From the NCBI GenBank assembly GCA_051546255.1, contig CP128821.1, positions 620,001 to 684,000 on the forward strand: a stretch of DNA of 64,000 bases, given 5' to 3'. The notes beneath the pieces are model-generated. The model was given only the letters and a program-made list of their open reading frames with translations, made no database searches and was not told the DNA's origin. This DNA is from Meyerozyma guilliermondii (taxonomy: Eukaryota). Both the position numbers and the translations under genes were made by a program. Shown piece after piece: positions 9,695 through 19,933 of the stretch (positions are counted from its first letter, which is position 1; the number at the start of each line of letters is the position of its first letter).

Positions 9695-11329
9695 CTATTT
9701 TTGCTTCGGCTTTTCATACACAAGCTCATTCCACTTTGGATGGTTCATTCTCCACCAATAGACAATCTGCGACCATGGATAAGCAGTCAGATTCACTCCT
9801 TCCTCAGTATACCACGATACACAGCCACCAAACTTGGTTCCAAATACCGCTGTGGACAATTTCTTTTGTACGGTTACAAACCAATTGTCATATGCCTTGG
9901 GCAGAACCTCCACTGAAGCATATTTTCCAGCAAGAATAGGTTGAGTTACCTTCATAATGTAACTACAGCAATTCTCTATAGCCATCACCACGGATGCATG
10001 TCCGGTAGCAGAATTGGGTCCGGCAACAAGGAACATATTGGGACACCCTTTGATCATGGTGGTTTCATAAGCTGAAATTCCACCTTCTTCGTCCCATAAT
10101 TCTCCCACATCTTTTCCATTTCTGCCAATAATTTTAGCGGAAAGTGCATTTTCCTTGATATCGTAGCCGGTACAGGCCACTATGATGTCCGCAGGCACTT
10201 TGGTTCCATCCTTCATGACCACACCATGTTCTTCGATATGGCTAATATCTCCACCTTGGATTCGAAGTCGAGAATCACGAAGAATTGGCATATAATACTT
10301 GTCGAAAATGATTCTTTTGCACCCGATCTTATAGTCGGGAATGATGTACTGCTTGTACTCGTCAGGACAATACTTGTTCATGTACCTCAATGATGCTCTG
10401 GTGCAAGCTCGGCGGATCAACCTTGCAAAAAAACCGTCGCCAGCATACATGGGGTACCTCAATTCCGCTCCAAACACAATAAGAAGTCGAACAATCACCA
10501 AACCAATTCTGGAAAACAGAAGTAGCTGGTAAAGCTTGTGGAGAGCCGAGGGAAGTGGAGGCATGATATAGTGCTTGGAACGAACAATTTGCACCACACT
10601 TTCAGGTTCATAGTCCTTGACCAATGCTGGAACCAATTGGTTGCCTGAACATCCATTTCCAATAACCACAACTTTTTTTCCCTTGAAGGAAACATCGTGG
10701 TTGAAAAGTGCAGAATGCATATATACACCTTTGAAATTTTCCAACCCTTTGGCCCGGAATTGGTTGGGCATAACCAAGCCTCCGCGAGCCAGAGCCACTA
10801 TCTTGGACCTGTGCTCAATTGCTTGACCGTTTTCAAGATTAACACCATGAAGTACCCATTCGCTATTCTCGTCATCCCACACAAATTTTTCGATGGCACT
10901 TTTGCACCTTGCCTTCTCTTCAAGCTTGTACTTTTTCACCACTTGCAAGATATACTCCTCCATCTCGTACTGTGGAGGCTGGAGCTCACTCCAGTTCTTG
11001 TTAAGCTCATCATAAAAAGAGTACCATAAAGCAGGTATATCCGAGGCACATCCTGGGTATGTATTTGCCCACCAAGTTCCGCCAAATTGATCGTGTTTTT
11101 CAAAGATCACAAAATCTTCTTCCTTCATTTGTTTCTTGAATCTCATGGCAGCAGCAATACCTCCAAATCCACCGCCAATTATGGCAACCTTGGACAGGGT
11201 TTTCAACGCAGGTCCATCAGCTCGCGCCCATGTCTTTTTCTCTCCAAGCACCCTATTTGCGTCTTCATACGTGATCCGAAACTTGGCGGGGTCCTTGTGA
11301 GACTCCTTGGTTAATTGTAAAGTAGCCAT
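9695..11329 (-). CDS. Flavin-containing monooxygenase, Baeyer-Villiger type (paralog 2)
   Basis: GGGFGG, GGTWWANTYPGCASD, FKGVYMHSALFNH, GNGCSG, GCKR. Colinear with paralog 1; start at 11329 chosen by alignment to it. Confidence 0.9.
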   Translation of the reverse strand: MATLQLTKESHKDPAKFRITYEDANRVLGEKKTWARADGPALKTLSKVAIIGGGFGGIAAAMRFKKQMKEEDFVIFEKHDQFGGTWWANTYPGCASDIPALWYSFYDELNKNWSELQPPQYEMEEYILQVVKKYKLEEKARCKSAIEKFVWDDENSEWVLHGVNLENGQAIEHRSKIVALARGGLVMPNQFRAKGLENFKGVYMHSALFNHDVSFKGKKVVVIGNGCSGNQLVPALVKDYEPESVVQIVRSKHYIMPPLPSALHKLYQLLLFSRIGLVIVRLLIVFGAELRYPMYAGDGFFARLIRRACTRASLRYMNKYCPDEYKQYIIPDYKIGCKRIIFDKYYMPILRDSRLRIQGGDISHIEEHGVVMKDGTKVPADIIVACTGYDIKENALSAKIIGRNGKDVGELWDEEGGISAYETTMIKGCPNMFLVAGPNSATGHASVVMAIENCCSYIMKVTQPILAGKYASVEVLPKAYDNWFVTVQKKLSTAVFGTKFGGCVSWYTEEGVNLTAYPWSQIVYWWRMNHPKWNELVYEKPKQK

Positions 11330-11480
11330 TTGGATTGAGGCAGCAAGGGTGCTGAAGTTATACCGGTCGCAAGCATGCATGTGCTTTGAAATATGCATAT
11401 GCACGATGCGGAGTTACGGCGCCAATCCGCCGCCGCACCTGTGGGGAACACCAGTGGGGACTTTCAATGACTTATTGATT

Positions 11481-13268
11481 CTATAAAGTTTTGTAGCTAA
11501 AGTCCTCAACCAACGACTCCTCGTCGTATGTGGTGTCTTCGGCGTCGATCAAATGTCGAAGCCAGAGCAGAATAATGGTCGCGAGACACGAAATCCCGTA
11601 CATCTTGTCGAACCAACTATCTATAAACCGTATTTCTCGGGCCGTTATTCCGGTTTCCGCAGACACGGTAGATCCCGACAAGGAAAGAATTCTTGTGATT
11701 TGGTCCGAGAGGTTTTGGGGTAGATTGGTGCGAATGAGGAGTCCGGTAGAAATCACATACACTCCCAAAAGCTCGGCAATGACGAGATGCTTCAAGTGGT
11801 TTTTGGATTTGTCAGAAACTTTGGTAAATGAGGGAAGAAATTTGGCAAACGACTTGAATGTGTTGAGTACCGACGTAAATGTGCAAATGAACAATCCTCC
11901 AGATAATGCAAGTGCAATCTGGTTGATGAGTTGAATCTCGGAAATTGTGTCTTCTCCGATGAAAAGTTGCACTAGATGGGCTAAAGTGAATGCAAGAGCA
12001 TCCAGTGAGTTTGAAGCGGATTTTTTACTTCCATCTCCATAAATCATCCTCGAAGGAAGTCGCACCAAAACCACAATTGCGATTCTATTAACGCAGTAAA
12101 CTGCAAAGCCAAATGTGAAAAATTTAACAATTATTCCGGCTAAAGTCAGCTTCATACCGTCTTCTTGACTTGCAAAAGATGCCAATTTTTTGGTCAATTC
12201 GTCGTAAATGTGGTTCTGGAGTGTACACAACGAGTCAATTTCATTGCTGAGCTCCTGCTCATCTCGCTGTTCCTTACCGAGTCCCAAGCTGGACATGCTA
12301 GCAAACGACTGTACTTTATGAATAATTCCGCCCAATCTGTTCTTTTTGGGTGAGCCAAACGAGTCGGTAGAGGCATTGGACTTGTTGTAAATGGTTCCTC
12401 CGTGCGCAACTAGCATTCTATCGAGTTCTTCTCTTCTTTTAGTCGCCAAGGCTGCAGTATGATTATACGACTGGATGAGAGAATTGAGTTCTGCTTCGGT
12501 AATTATCTTCTTTCTCGACCCAACTCTGCCTACCGCTCGCCTGAGCAACTTTGCATGGTCCGAAACCGTAGAAGCAGACCCAATGCCTGAAAATATAGCC
12601 ATGGTAGTAATACCAGCAATTGCTACTTGATTCACTTTGCGTTCTATAATTGACCGGGTATCGTATGTCGAGGCCGGAGTGAATGTCTGGGACAAATCGC
12701 TGAACTTGTGGAGGACATAGAACCACAATATATAGCAAATGGCTGCAATTATTCTTGTTCTCGGTTTGGTGGGAAACACCGATTCGTCAATTAAAATCGA
12801 CATTGTCAAATATGGCAACACCATAGTAAGTAGAATGATCAACGTATCCACCGTGATGACAAAAAGTATGGCCCGAGCCAGCTCAGCCATGAAACCTCCC
12901 AATTCACACATCATTAGTACAATCATCGATACACTGCTGCATGTGCATGCAGCGAACGCTGCACGAACCACTGCATCCTGCAAGTTTGACACCAGTGACA
13001 TAACTTTATATCCGTGTCGTTTGAAGTTTTCTTTCTCGTCCACATCGTTTTGTAGCGTCGATACGTCCACCAGGATCAACTTGAGACCGTATCGCTTGTT
13101 GAAATTATCATAGATATAATTGTTGATATCTTTTTTTCGAGCAGTTACTCCCAGCCCATAAGACTCAAGTATACTGGACGACAACGCATACTTGAATGTC
13201 CACCCGAAGACAGCCGCCTGAAAACAGAAAAACGGCACAACCTGGATTACCGTCGAAAAAGTGGCCAT
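11481..13268 (-). CDS. Golgi pH regulator / GPR89 (ABA-GPCR) family membrane protein, YHR078W-like
   Basis: VAIAGITTMAIFSGIGSAST, IAELLGVYVISTGLLIRTNLP and IDSWFDKMY motifs; about 9 TM segments with a large central loop. Confidence 0.8.
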   Translation of the reverse strand: MATFSTVIQVVPFFCFQAAVFGWTFKYALSSSILESYGLGVTARKKDINNYIYDNFNKRYGLKLILVDVSTLQNDVDEKENFKRHGYKVMSLVSNLQDAVVRAAFAACTCSSVSMIVLMMCELGGFMAELARAILFVITVDTLIILLTMVLPYLTMSILIDESVFPTKPRTRIIAAICYILWFYVLHKFSDLSQTFTPASTYDTRSIIERKVNQVAIAGITTMAIFSGIGSASTVSDHAKLLRRAVGRVGSRKKIITEAELNSLIQSYNHTAALATKRREELDRMLVAHGGTIYNKSNASTDSFGSPKKNRLGGIIHKVQSFASMSSLGLGKEQRDEQELSNEIDSLCTLQNHIYDELTKKLASFASQEDGMKLTLAGIIVKFFTFGFAVYCVNRIAIVVLVRLPSRMIYGDGSKKSASNSLDALAFTLAHLVQLFIGEDTISEIQLINQIALALSGGLFICTFTSVLNTFKSFAKFLPSFTKVSDKSKNHLKHLVIAELLGVYVISTGLLIRTNLPQNLSDQITRILSLSGSTVSAETGITAREIRFIDSWFDKMYGISCLATIILLWLRHLIDAEDTTYDEESLVEDFSYKTL

Positions 13269-13542
13269 TGACGTGTAGCTGAGCAGCGATGAAACTGGTG
13301 GGTGGTGTCACGTGACTTGGTTGTGGGGTAAGGAAATTCCTCAGAAAAGTTCAAATTTGAAAAACTATAGGTTAGTGGGTCCAGAGTGATTGCGTCGTCT
13401 TCTTCTTGTGCCAATGGCCTTTCTGGTTATTCCTTTTAATTGGAATTTTTTTGGTTCTATATTTTTGTGCGCGCACGACTCTGTTGAAAAATTGAATTTC
13501 GTCAGCTTGCAAACCGTCTTTTAGCTACCCACACCCGCCACC

Positions 13543-14271
13543 ATGCCAATGCGAATGAGAGCTGAAAAGCGCATGAGGAAGTTCCTCATCGAGCAGATGA
13601 AGTCCAGGAAAGTTTTGGGCGCACGGATAGCCGAGGGCGAGAAATCAGAGGCGGATTTGCAACGGCTCGAAATGGCTCCTCAAGTATTCATGTTTAAAAA
13701 CTTGTTTTCGGGCCAGGTTTTGTACTCACAGGTGCCCGCGTACCACCAAAGTCAAATAGACCAGCAATTTCCACGTCCCAACTGGGAAAACAGAAGACCC
13801 AGTCGTCGAAATGATCTTTGGAGAATTATGTGTGTTGCAAATTTCGACAATTATGAATACGCTGTGGCCGCCTACAAGGGCTTGGTGGATCTCCGGAGAG
13901 CGCGGGACATCCACCAAAAGAAAGAATTGAAACAAATGCGTAAATTGAACGACGAGGGAAACTTATGGTACTCTGGCCAGTACAGACCAATATATCTGCA
14001 AGAAGCCATAGCCGATCTTGCACATGTGATTGAGGAATTTGAGTTGGAGAACACCAGGCTCATGTGGGAGAGTTTGTGGCGCAAAGGAGACGACGAACAC
14101 TGGCCGTTGGGGCTCGTTTCTCACGAAGCCTTACCACCAATTAATCCTCGAGACCAGACATTTTTGTTGGACGATTTGCGCCTGAGGGCCAGACAGGAGT
14201 TTGCCAAGCAGAGGGAGATGGAGGAAGGAGAGGCGGAAACTGAAAAAGGAGAGGCGGCATATGCATTGTAA
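13543..14271 (+). CDS. MHR1: Mitochondrial homologous recombination protein / mitoribosomal mL67
   Basis: PQVFMFKNLFSGQVLYSQ, RPSRRNDLWRIMCV, GNLWYSGQYRP, QEAIADL. Confidence 0.9.
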   Translation: MPMRMRAEKRMRKFLIEQMKSRKVLGARIAEGEKSEADLQRLEMAPQVFMFKNLFSGQVLYSQVPAYHQSQIDQQFPRPNWENRRPSRRNDLWRIMCVANFDNYEYAVAAYKGLVDLRRARDIHQKKELKQMRKLNDEGNLWYSGQYRPIYLQEAIADLAHVIEEFELENTRLMWESLWRKGDDEHWPLGLVSHEALPPINPRDQTFLLDDLRLRARQEFAKQREMEEGEAETEKGEAAYAL

Positions 14272-14545
14272 ATAGAGAAGGAATAAAGTGAAGATTGGAA
14301 TGAAAAAAGTGAAAAAGTAAAAAGTAAAAAAGTTGAAAAAAAGATATTAAATAATTTTTGAGACGTTGAGTCCGAATTGGCTTTGACCGAATGATTAATG
14401 AAATAATAATGGTTTTGAGTTACATTGTTCTAACCTTTCTATTCGTAACATGCTCCGTTTCCGGCCCACTTTCCCATTCGGGCAATTTCGCACCCGCCCA
14501 CCGTCGGCGCCGCCGCGATATTTTCTCCGCCGCAAACTTCTCTTT

Positions 14546-16291
14546 ATGAGCTTTTACTACAAGCGGCCCATGGGCAACGGCGCCATGGCCACAAAGTTCC
14601 GTTTGGGCTCTGTGACTCAAACAGAGTCGGCTGTGCGCACGGCGGAGCCTTTGCAGGCATCTGGACCAACTATTCAAGAAAATAAAGACACAAATTCTGA
14701 TTATGAACCACCGTCGCATTTTGCAAACAGCTGTAATAGATGCTACCGGCTCAAAAAGAAGTGTTCCAGGGAGTTTCCTCGATGCTCCCACTGCACCAGG
14801 TTGGGTAGCGAATGTGAATATGAAGACAAGAAGGCCAAGCGAAGAAAAACAGAAACGACAAATTCATCCGAACCAACACCAGAACGGTTCCATGTTATAG
14901 ATGGGCCTGTGAACGGCTCCAGAAGCCATACTTCTGTTCCGTCGTTGCTCTCGAACGGCACAGAGTCTCCAAAGTTGGGTGCTCGTCGGTTGAGCCATCG
15001 GGCACTGATTGCGAAGCGTTCTGCTCTTCGAGCGTTGATTCCTTCAACTCCCATGAATTTACGTGAGGAGTATATCACCATGGACTCTGTTCCCGAGGAG
15101 AAAGCTCATACTTTTGCCAACAGCTTTTTTGTCAATTATGGAACCAAGTATCCGTTCATTTCGCAAACCCGGTTTTTCTCGTGGTTTAGCCGCATAAATT
15201 TCGACCAAGAAGCCATTGTCAATCTCGACGGCTACCTTGTGATGGCCATAGGCCTGCTTATACACGATTCCAACACCAAGTCGAACACCTTTTCCACATT
15301 TTTCAGCGAAAAAATCATCGAGTCAATTGTAGACATTATCGACTTTGACATGAGCCAGAGTCTGGATTTGGAAAACGTCCGCTTGCTTCTTCTTTTGGGT
15401 ATCTACTCGTTGCACATGTACCACTCGGACCTCTGCTGGAGTATCGTGGGAGCATTAGACAGAATAGCCGTTCAACTCGATTTGTACAAAACCCAGGATG
15501 TTCTTTCACAGCGGCTTTTTTGGTCTATTTACAATTTCGATAAAGAATTGAGTATTTTGCGCAACAAACCAAGCCAAATACCTTCAGACGAGTTTATTTC
15601 CCTGTCTTTCCCGCTAACCGCCTCCCTCCATGGTCAACCAGACAATAATCTCGACGTCATAAACCAGGAAATATCCTACTACAAACTAGTGGACCGACTT
15701 GTATGCCACAAGTTGGCGATTTCGCTGAAAGAGAGCCTCAAGGACCTTGCCAGAGACTTGGAAAAATGGCGTATTTCCACCAGCAAAATCATCCATACCC
15801 GCTACTGCGACAGCCCAATGCTTCAACATTACGTCTCTCAAGTCAACATGAAATACTATTATCTTTTTGTGGAAATGGACCAAGTTTCCGAGAGCCACCT
15901 GTCGCAGTTCACACTTCAGTTTTTGCTGAACTCGTTTACCTTACTCATCAGCGAAAATAACAAGAATTGTGGTTTAAGTTTGCACAACTTATTCTGGTAC
16001 CAGCTGCTCTTCCGAGTTATCAAATGTACTTTAGATTCACTCCAGCGGATTTTGGAAAGTACCGACCCGGCGTCCGAGTTTGCCGATTTTAACAATAATC
16101 TTCAACTAATTGTGAATATTGTGAAATTTTTAAGCCGACAAAATGGCCCTTATGCTTCCAAAGTGGACCGGTTCCAGCAAAGACTTGCGGACTTTGCAAT
16201 GCTCCTGATAAGATCCGATGCCAACGGCGACACCACGGAATTGGGTCTGGCTCAGCGGGAGATGGTGGGGGAAGTGAAGCAGTTGCTATAA
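14546..16291 (+). CDS. Zn(II)2Cys6 transcription factor with fungal-specific TF domain
   Basis: CNRCYRLKKKCSREFPRCSHCTRLGSEC binuclear cluster; middle homology region QRLFWSIYNFDKELSI. Start uncertain (14450/14546/14570). Confidence 0.88.
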   Translation: MSFYYKRPMGNGAMATKFRLGSVTQTESAVRTAEPLQASGPTIQENKDTNSDYEPPSHFANSCNRCYRLKKKCSREFPRCSHCTRLGSECEYEDKKAKRRKTETTNSSEPTPERFHVIDGPVNGSRSHTSVPSLLSNGTESPKLGARRLSHRALIAKRSALRALIPSTPMNLREEYITMDSVPEEKAHTFANSFFVNYGTKYPFISQTRFFSWFSRINFDQEAIVNLDGYLVMAIGLLIHDSNTKSNTFSTFFSEKIIESIVDIIDFDMSQSLDLENVRLLLLLGIYSLHMYHSDLCWSIVGALDRIAVQLDLYKTQDVLSQRLFWSIYNFDKELSILRNKPSQIPSDEFISLSFPLTASLHGQPDNNLDVINQEISYYKLVDRLVCHKLAISLKESLKDLARDLEKWRISTSKIIHTRYCDSPMLQHYVSQVNMKYYYLFVEMDQVSESHLSQFTLQFLLNSFTLLISENNKNCGLSLHNLFWYQLLFRVIKCTLDSLQRILESTDPASEFADFNNNLQLIVNIVKFLSRQNGPYASKVDRFQQRLADFAMLLIRSDANGDTTELGLAQREMVGEVKQLL

Positions 16292-16421
16292 CATACATAC
16301 TAATGATTAACGATTCATACAGTTCTTCTACTCTTTTTCTTCCTGCATATACTCTGGTGATTTTTGATTTTCCTGTATTCTATTGTAACCTTCCGCACTC
16401 GATTGTCGCCACTTCACTGCC

Positions 16422-17759
16422 ATGCCTCCCAAAGCCGATTGGGACAAATACGTAGCTCCCGACGAAGATGACGCGCCCGAAAAGATCACACCATTGAGTG
16501 AAGGCGATATCAAGGTTCTTAAGACTTACGGAGCTGCTCCTTATGCCGCGGCTCTCAAGCAAATCGAGCAAGATTTGAAGACGATCGAAGAACGAATTAA
16601 GGAAAATATAGGTATTAAGGAGCTGGATACTGGTCTCGCGCCACCTCACTTATGGGATGTACGGGGAGACAAACAGAGAATGTCGGAAGAACAGCCGTTA
16701 CAAGTTGCTCGGTGCACAAAAATCATCGAGGCGGTGGCGCCTCCGTCACTGGATTTAGTCATTCAAAATGCTGATAATAAGGCCAAGTATGTGATCAACA
16801 TCAAGCAGATAGCCAAGTTTGTGGTGGGGTTGGGCGAAAGAGTGTCACCCACGGATATCGAGGAGGGAATGAGAGTTGGGGTCGATAGGCAAAAGTACGA
16901 GATTCAGCTTCCGCTTCCTCCTCGGATCGATCCCAGTGTTACCATGATGACAGTCGAAGAAAAGCCGGACGTGACGTACAGCGATGTGGGCGGATGTAAA
17001 GAACAGATCGAAAAGTTACGTGAGGTGGTGGAATTGCCGTTGTTGCTGCCGGAACGGTTTGTCAAATTGGGCATTGATCCTCCGAAAGGTATATTACTCT
17101 ATGGTCCTCCGGGCACCGGGAAAACGCTCTGTGCGCGTGCGGTAGCCAACAGAACCGACGCCACGTTCATTCGTGTCATTGGCTCCGAATTGGTGCAAAA
17201 GTACGTTGGTGAGGGTGCCAGAATGGTGCGCGAACTCTTCGAAATGGCCAGGACGAAAAAAGCATGCATTATTTTCTTTGACGAGGTCGATGCCATTGGA
17301 GGCGCTCGTTTCGACGACGGCGCTGGTGGTGACAACGAGGTGCAAAGAACCATGTTGGAGTTGATCACACAATTAGACGGATTCGACCCCCGTGGTAACA
17401 TCAAGGTGATGTTTGCAACCAATAGACCCAACACTCTTGACCCGGCGTTGTTGCGTCCTGGAAGAATCGATAGAAAGGTAGAATTTTCGTTGCCAGACCT
17501 TGAGGGCCGCGCCAACATTTTCCGTATTCATTCCAAGACCATGAGCTGTGAAAAGGACATTCGATGGGAATTGATTTCCCGGTTGTGTCCCAACGCTACC
17601 GGAGCCGAGTTGCGACTGGTGTGTACGGAGGCAGGGATGTTTGCTATACGTGCTCGAAGAAAAGTTGCTACAGAAAAGGACTTTTTGAAGGCGGTGGAAA
17701 AGGTGATCAAAGGCAACCTCAAGTTCAGCTCCACCAGCCAGTATATGCAATATAATTAG
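16422..17759 (+). CDS. RPT1: 26S proteasome regulatory AAA-ATPase Rpt1
   Basis: [11 protein letters not shown]-terminus, [13 protein letters not shown], Walker [10 protein letters not shown]-terminal YMQYN. Confidence 0.98.
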   Translation: MPPKADWDKYVAPDEDDAPEKITPLSEGDIKVLKTYGAAPYAAALKQIEQDLKTIEERIKENIGIKELDTGLAPPHLWDVRGDKQRMSEEQPLQVARCTKIIEAVAPPSLDLVIQNADNKAKYVINIKQIAKFVVGLGERVSPTDIEEGMRVGVDRQKYEIQLPLPPRIDPSVTMMTVEEKPDVTYSDVGGCKEQIEKLREVVELPLLLPERFVKLGIDPPKGILLYGPPGTGKTLCARAVANRTDATFIRVIGSELVQKYVGEGARMVRELFEMARTKKACIIFFDEVDAIGGARFDDGAGGDNEVQRTMLELITQLDGFDPRGNIKVMFATNRPNTLDPALLRPGRIDRKVEFSLPDLEGRANIFRIHSKTMSCEKDIRWELISRLCPNATGAELRLVCTEAGMFAIRARRKVATEKDFLKAVEKVIKGNLKFSSTSQYMQYN

Positions 17760-17770
17760 TACTGTCTTTC

Positions 17771-18355
17771 TTAATCCCACCACGAGACACAGCCCATGCC
17801 GTCGGTCTGACACGATGCAATCAATGCATACGGTGGGACCTTGTTGTCTTCCTCTTGATTATCCTGATTTGTAGGCCGAGGTTTAATGCTCAGGAAAACC
17901 TCTTCTTCGACTCGAAATCGCACCCTTTCATTTACATCAATATACAACTCAGTTTCATCGTCCGGCTTCCACACCCAAGCTTTTTCGACTGGTTTAAACT
18001 CACAGTTTTCGAAAAAGTAGTTTTTAGGGACAAATATTTCATCAAAAAATCGCATCCCGATTTTGATGCCTTCGGCCGTACATTGTGTCACCCATCCCGA
18101 CAAAATTTCGCCCACAAAAGGCTTCCATACCACGCACCGGAACCGGACCTTGACAAAAGAAGCTCCGTCGCCCGGTTTGAGCTGTCCATCGTGAATTTCC
18201 AGCAAGTCCCATACGGCAACCACCAAGCCCAAATTTGCAATTACTTTGTTTGCGTATTTTTTGTGGAGCTCGTTGGTCACGGCTTCGTTTATGGGGATGT
18301 GGAATGTGTGGGGCGGGATTTTGACGATGTCCGACACCTCGGAGAGGATGAACAT
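17771..18355 (-). CDS. RPC25: RNA polymerase III subunit C25
   Basis: MFILSEVSDIVKIPP...KYANKVIANLGL...GMGCVSWWD; convergent with RPT1 as in S. cerevisiae. Confidence 0.95.
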   Translation of the reverse strand: MFILSEVSDIVKIPPHTFHIPINEAVTNELHKKYANKVIANLGLVVAVWDLLEIHDGQLKPGDGASFVKVRFRCVVWKPFVGEILSGWVTQCTAEGIKIGMRFFDEIFVPKNYFFENCEFKPVEKAWVWKPDDETELYIDVNERVRFRVEEEVFLSIKPRPTNQDNQEEDNKVPPYALIASCQTDGMGCVSWWD

Positions 18356-18539
18356 GATGCGATGGAGTGGAGGTGATGAGATGAGATCGGTGCGCGCGAA
18401 ATTCAGAATTCTGAAGGAACTCAGAGGTGAGCTCTGGAGATTTTACTTGAGAATTGGAGTAATTGAAAGTAATTCTAAAGAGATAAATTGAGTTAGTTCT
18501 GGAGAAACTTTGAAAGATTCTGGAGTAGTGAAAGTTCTT

Positions 18540-19130
18540 ATGTCTAAATCATCGGACAGAAGACTCGCGGGAGGTTCTAGGGCAGCCAGCTACCTCCATG
18601 GGGCACAAAAGAGTGGTCAATATGAAGGTCATTTTCAGAACAAAACTCGACCGGAAATTGTTCAAAACCAAGCTCGACCGGATACTGTTCACCAACGTGG
18701 TCAATATAATACTTCCGGTAAAGTTTCTAAAGTTTCTGATAAACTTCCACATAAAGGTTCTGAAAACTCGCCTTATTCAAAGGTTTCCAAACCAAGCAAG
18801 ACAGTTCGCCGCAGTGCCAATGGCAAATCTTGGAAAGATGACACGTTGGTGGAATGGGATCCCAACCATTTTCGGCTCTTTGTGGGCAATTTGGGCCCCG
18901 ATGCAAACGACCAACTTTTGGTAGAAGCGTTTGAAAAGTACCCTTCTTTTGTTAAGGCAAGGGTTCCGCGAGACAAGCGCACAGACAAGAACAAGGGGTA
19001 CGGATTTGTGGCTTTTTCCAGTGCTGAAGACTATCTTCGTGCCTTTAAAGAGATGAACGGAAAGTATGTGGGACTTCATCCGGTTCAGTTGAAACGAGCT
19101 GAAACGCAGGTGAAGCCAAGAAAAAGGTAG
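18540..19130 (+). CDS. RRM RNA-binding protein, RBM42-like
   Basis: WKDDTLVEWDPNHFRLFVGNLG...KYPSFVKARV...KGYGFVAF...AFKEMNGKYVG is the RBM42-type signature; first ATG at 18540. Confidence 0.85.
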   Translation: MSKSSDRRLAGGSRAASYLHGAQKSGQYEGHFQNKTRPEIVQNQARPDTVHQRGQYNTSGKVSKVSDKLPHKGSENSPYSKVSKPSKTVRRSANGKSWKDDTLVEWDPNHFRLFVGNLGPDANDQLLVEAFEKYPSFVKARVPRDKRTDKNKGYGFVAFSSAEDYLRAFKEMNGKYVGLHPVQLKRAETQVKPRKR

Positions 19131-19487
19131 AGGCAAGCCTCGAAGAGGTGAAGGATGGAAATGGTAATTATTGAAAAATACTGAGTGCAATTGGGTAGAA
19201 GCTCCAAAGATAGGGAAAACGAGAGCTTGAAAAGTTATTAGTATTTCTGGTACTTGCCATGAAAGAATGAGTTAATTTCAAGTAAGTCTCCTTGAAACTC
19301 TTCGGGGAATCTTGACCAGGAATGGAGAACTTGATCTTCCAGAATATCCAGAAAATGAGGTTTGAATTTGAGTGAAAAATTGTACTGAGAGAAGAGAGAT
19401 TTGAACAGGAAGATGCCACAATTCTACAATTGAAATCATGAAAGGATTATTATTTCGATTTGAGTGAAAACTATGTTGAAAGTGAGA

Positions 19488-19720
19488 TGAAGAAGATATT
19501 CTAGAAGATATCGAGAAGAGATCATTGAGCATAAATTATCGCGAGGATGTTATCGAGAAGATAATATGGTTATCGAGAAGATATTATCGTGAATATATTA
19601 TCACAACGATATCATCGAGAAGAAATTAACGAGCAGAAATTATCGAGAAGATGTTATCGTGAATATATTATCACGAGGATATTATCAAGAAGATATGATC
19701 GAGAAGATATTCACTGAGAA
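19488..19720. repeat. Degenerate ~14-16 bp minisatellite, consensus GAGAAGATATTATC
   Basis: More than ten imperfect copies read directly, including TTATCGAGAAGAT(A/G)TTATCGTGAATATATTATCAC twice. Confidence 0.8.
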
Positions 19721-19933
19721 AAATAGAGATTTTCAATTGAAAATTGTGTGAGAGAGAAGTATTCAATTGAGGACCTCTCAAGATCTAAACTACAAATGAA
19801 TCATTTCTTCATCTAAATGATCCATTTCTCGTTTTCTACTCCCTCGTTGCAACCACCCATTCTCGTTCTCAGAATCCACCCATCCACCCAATCAAATTTT
19901 CAGTTTCACAAATCTCGTTTTTTCTCTCATTTT

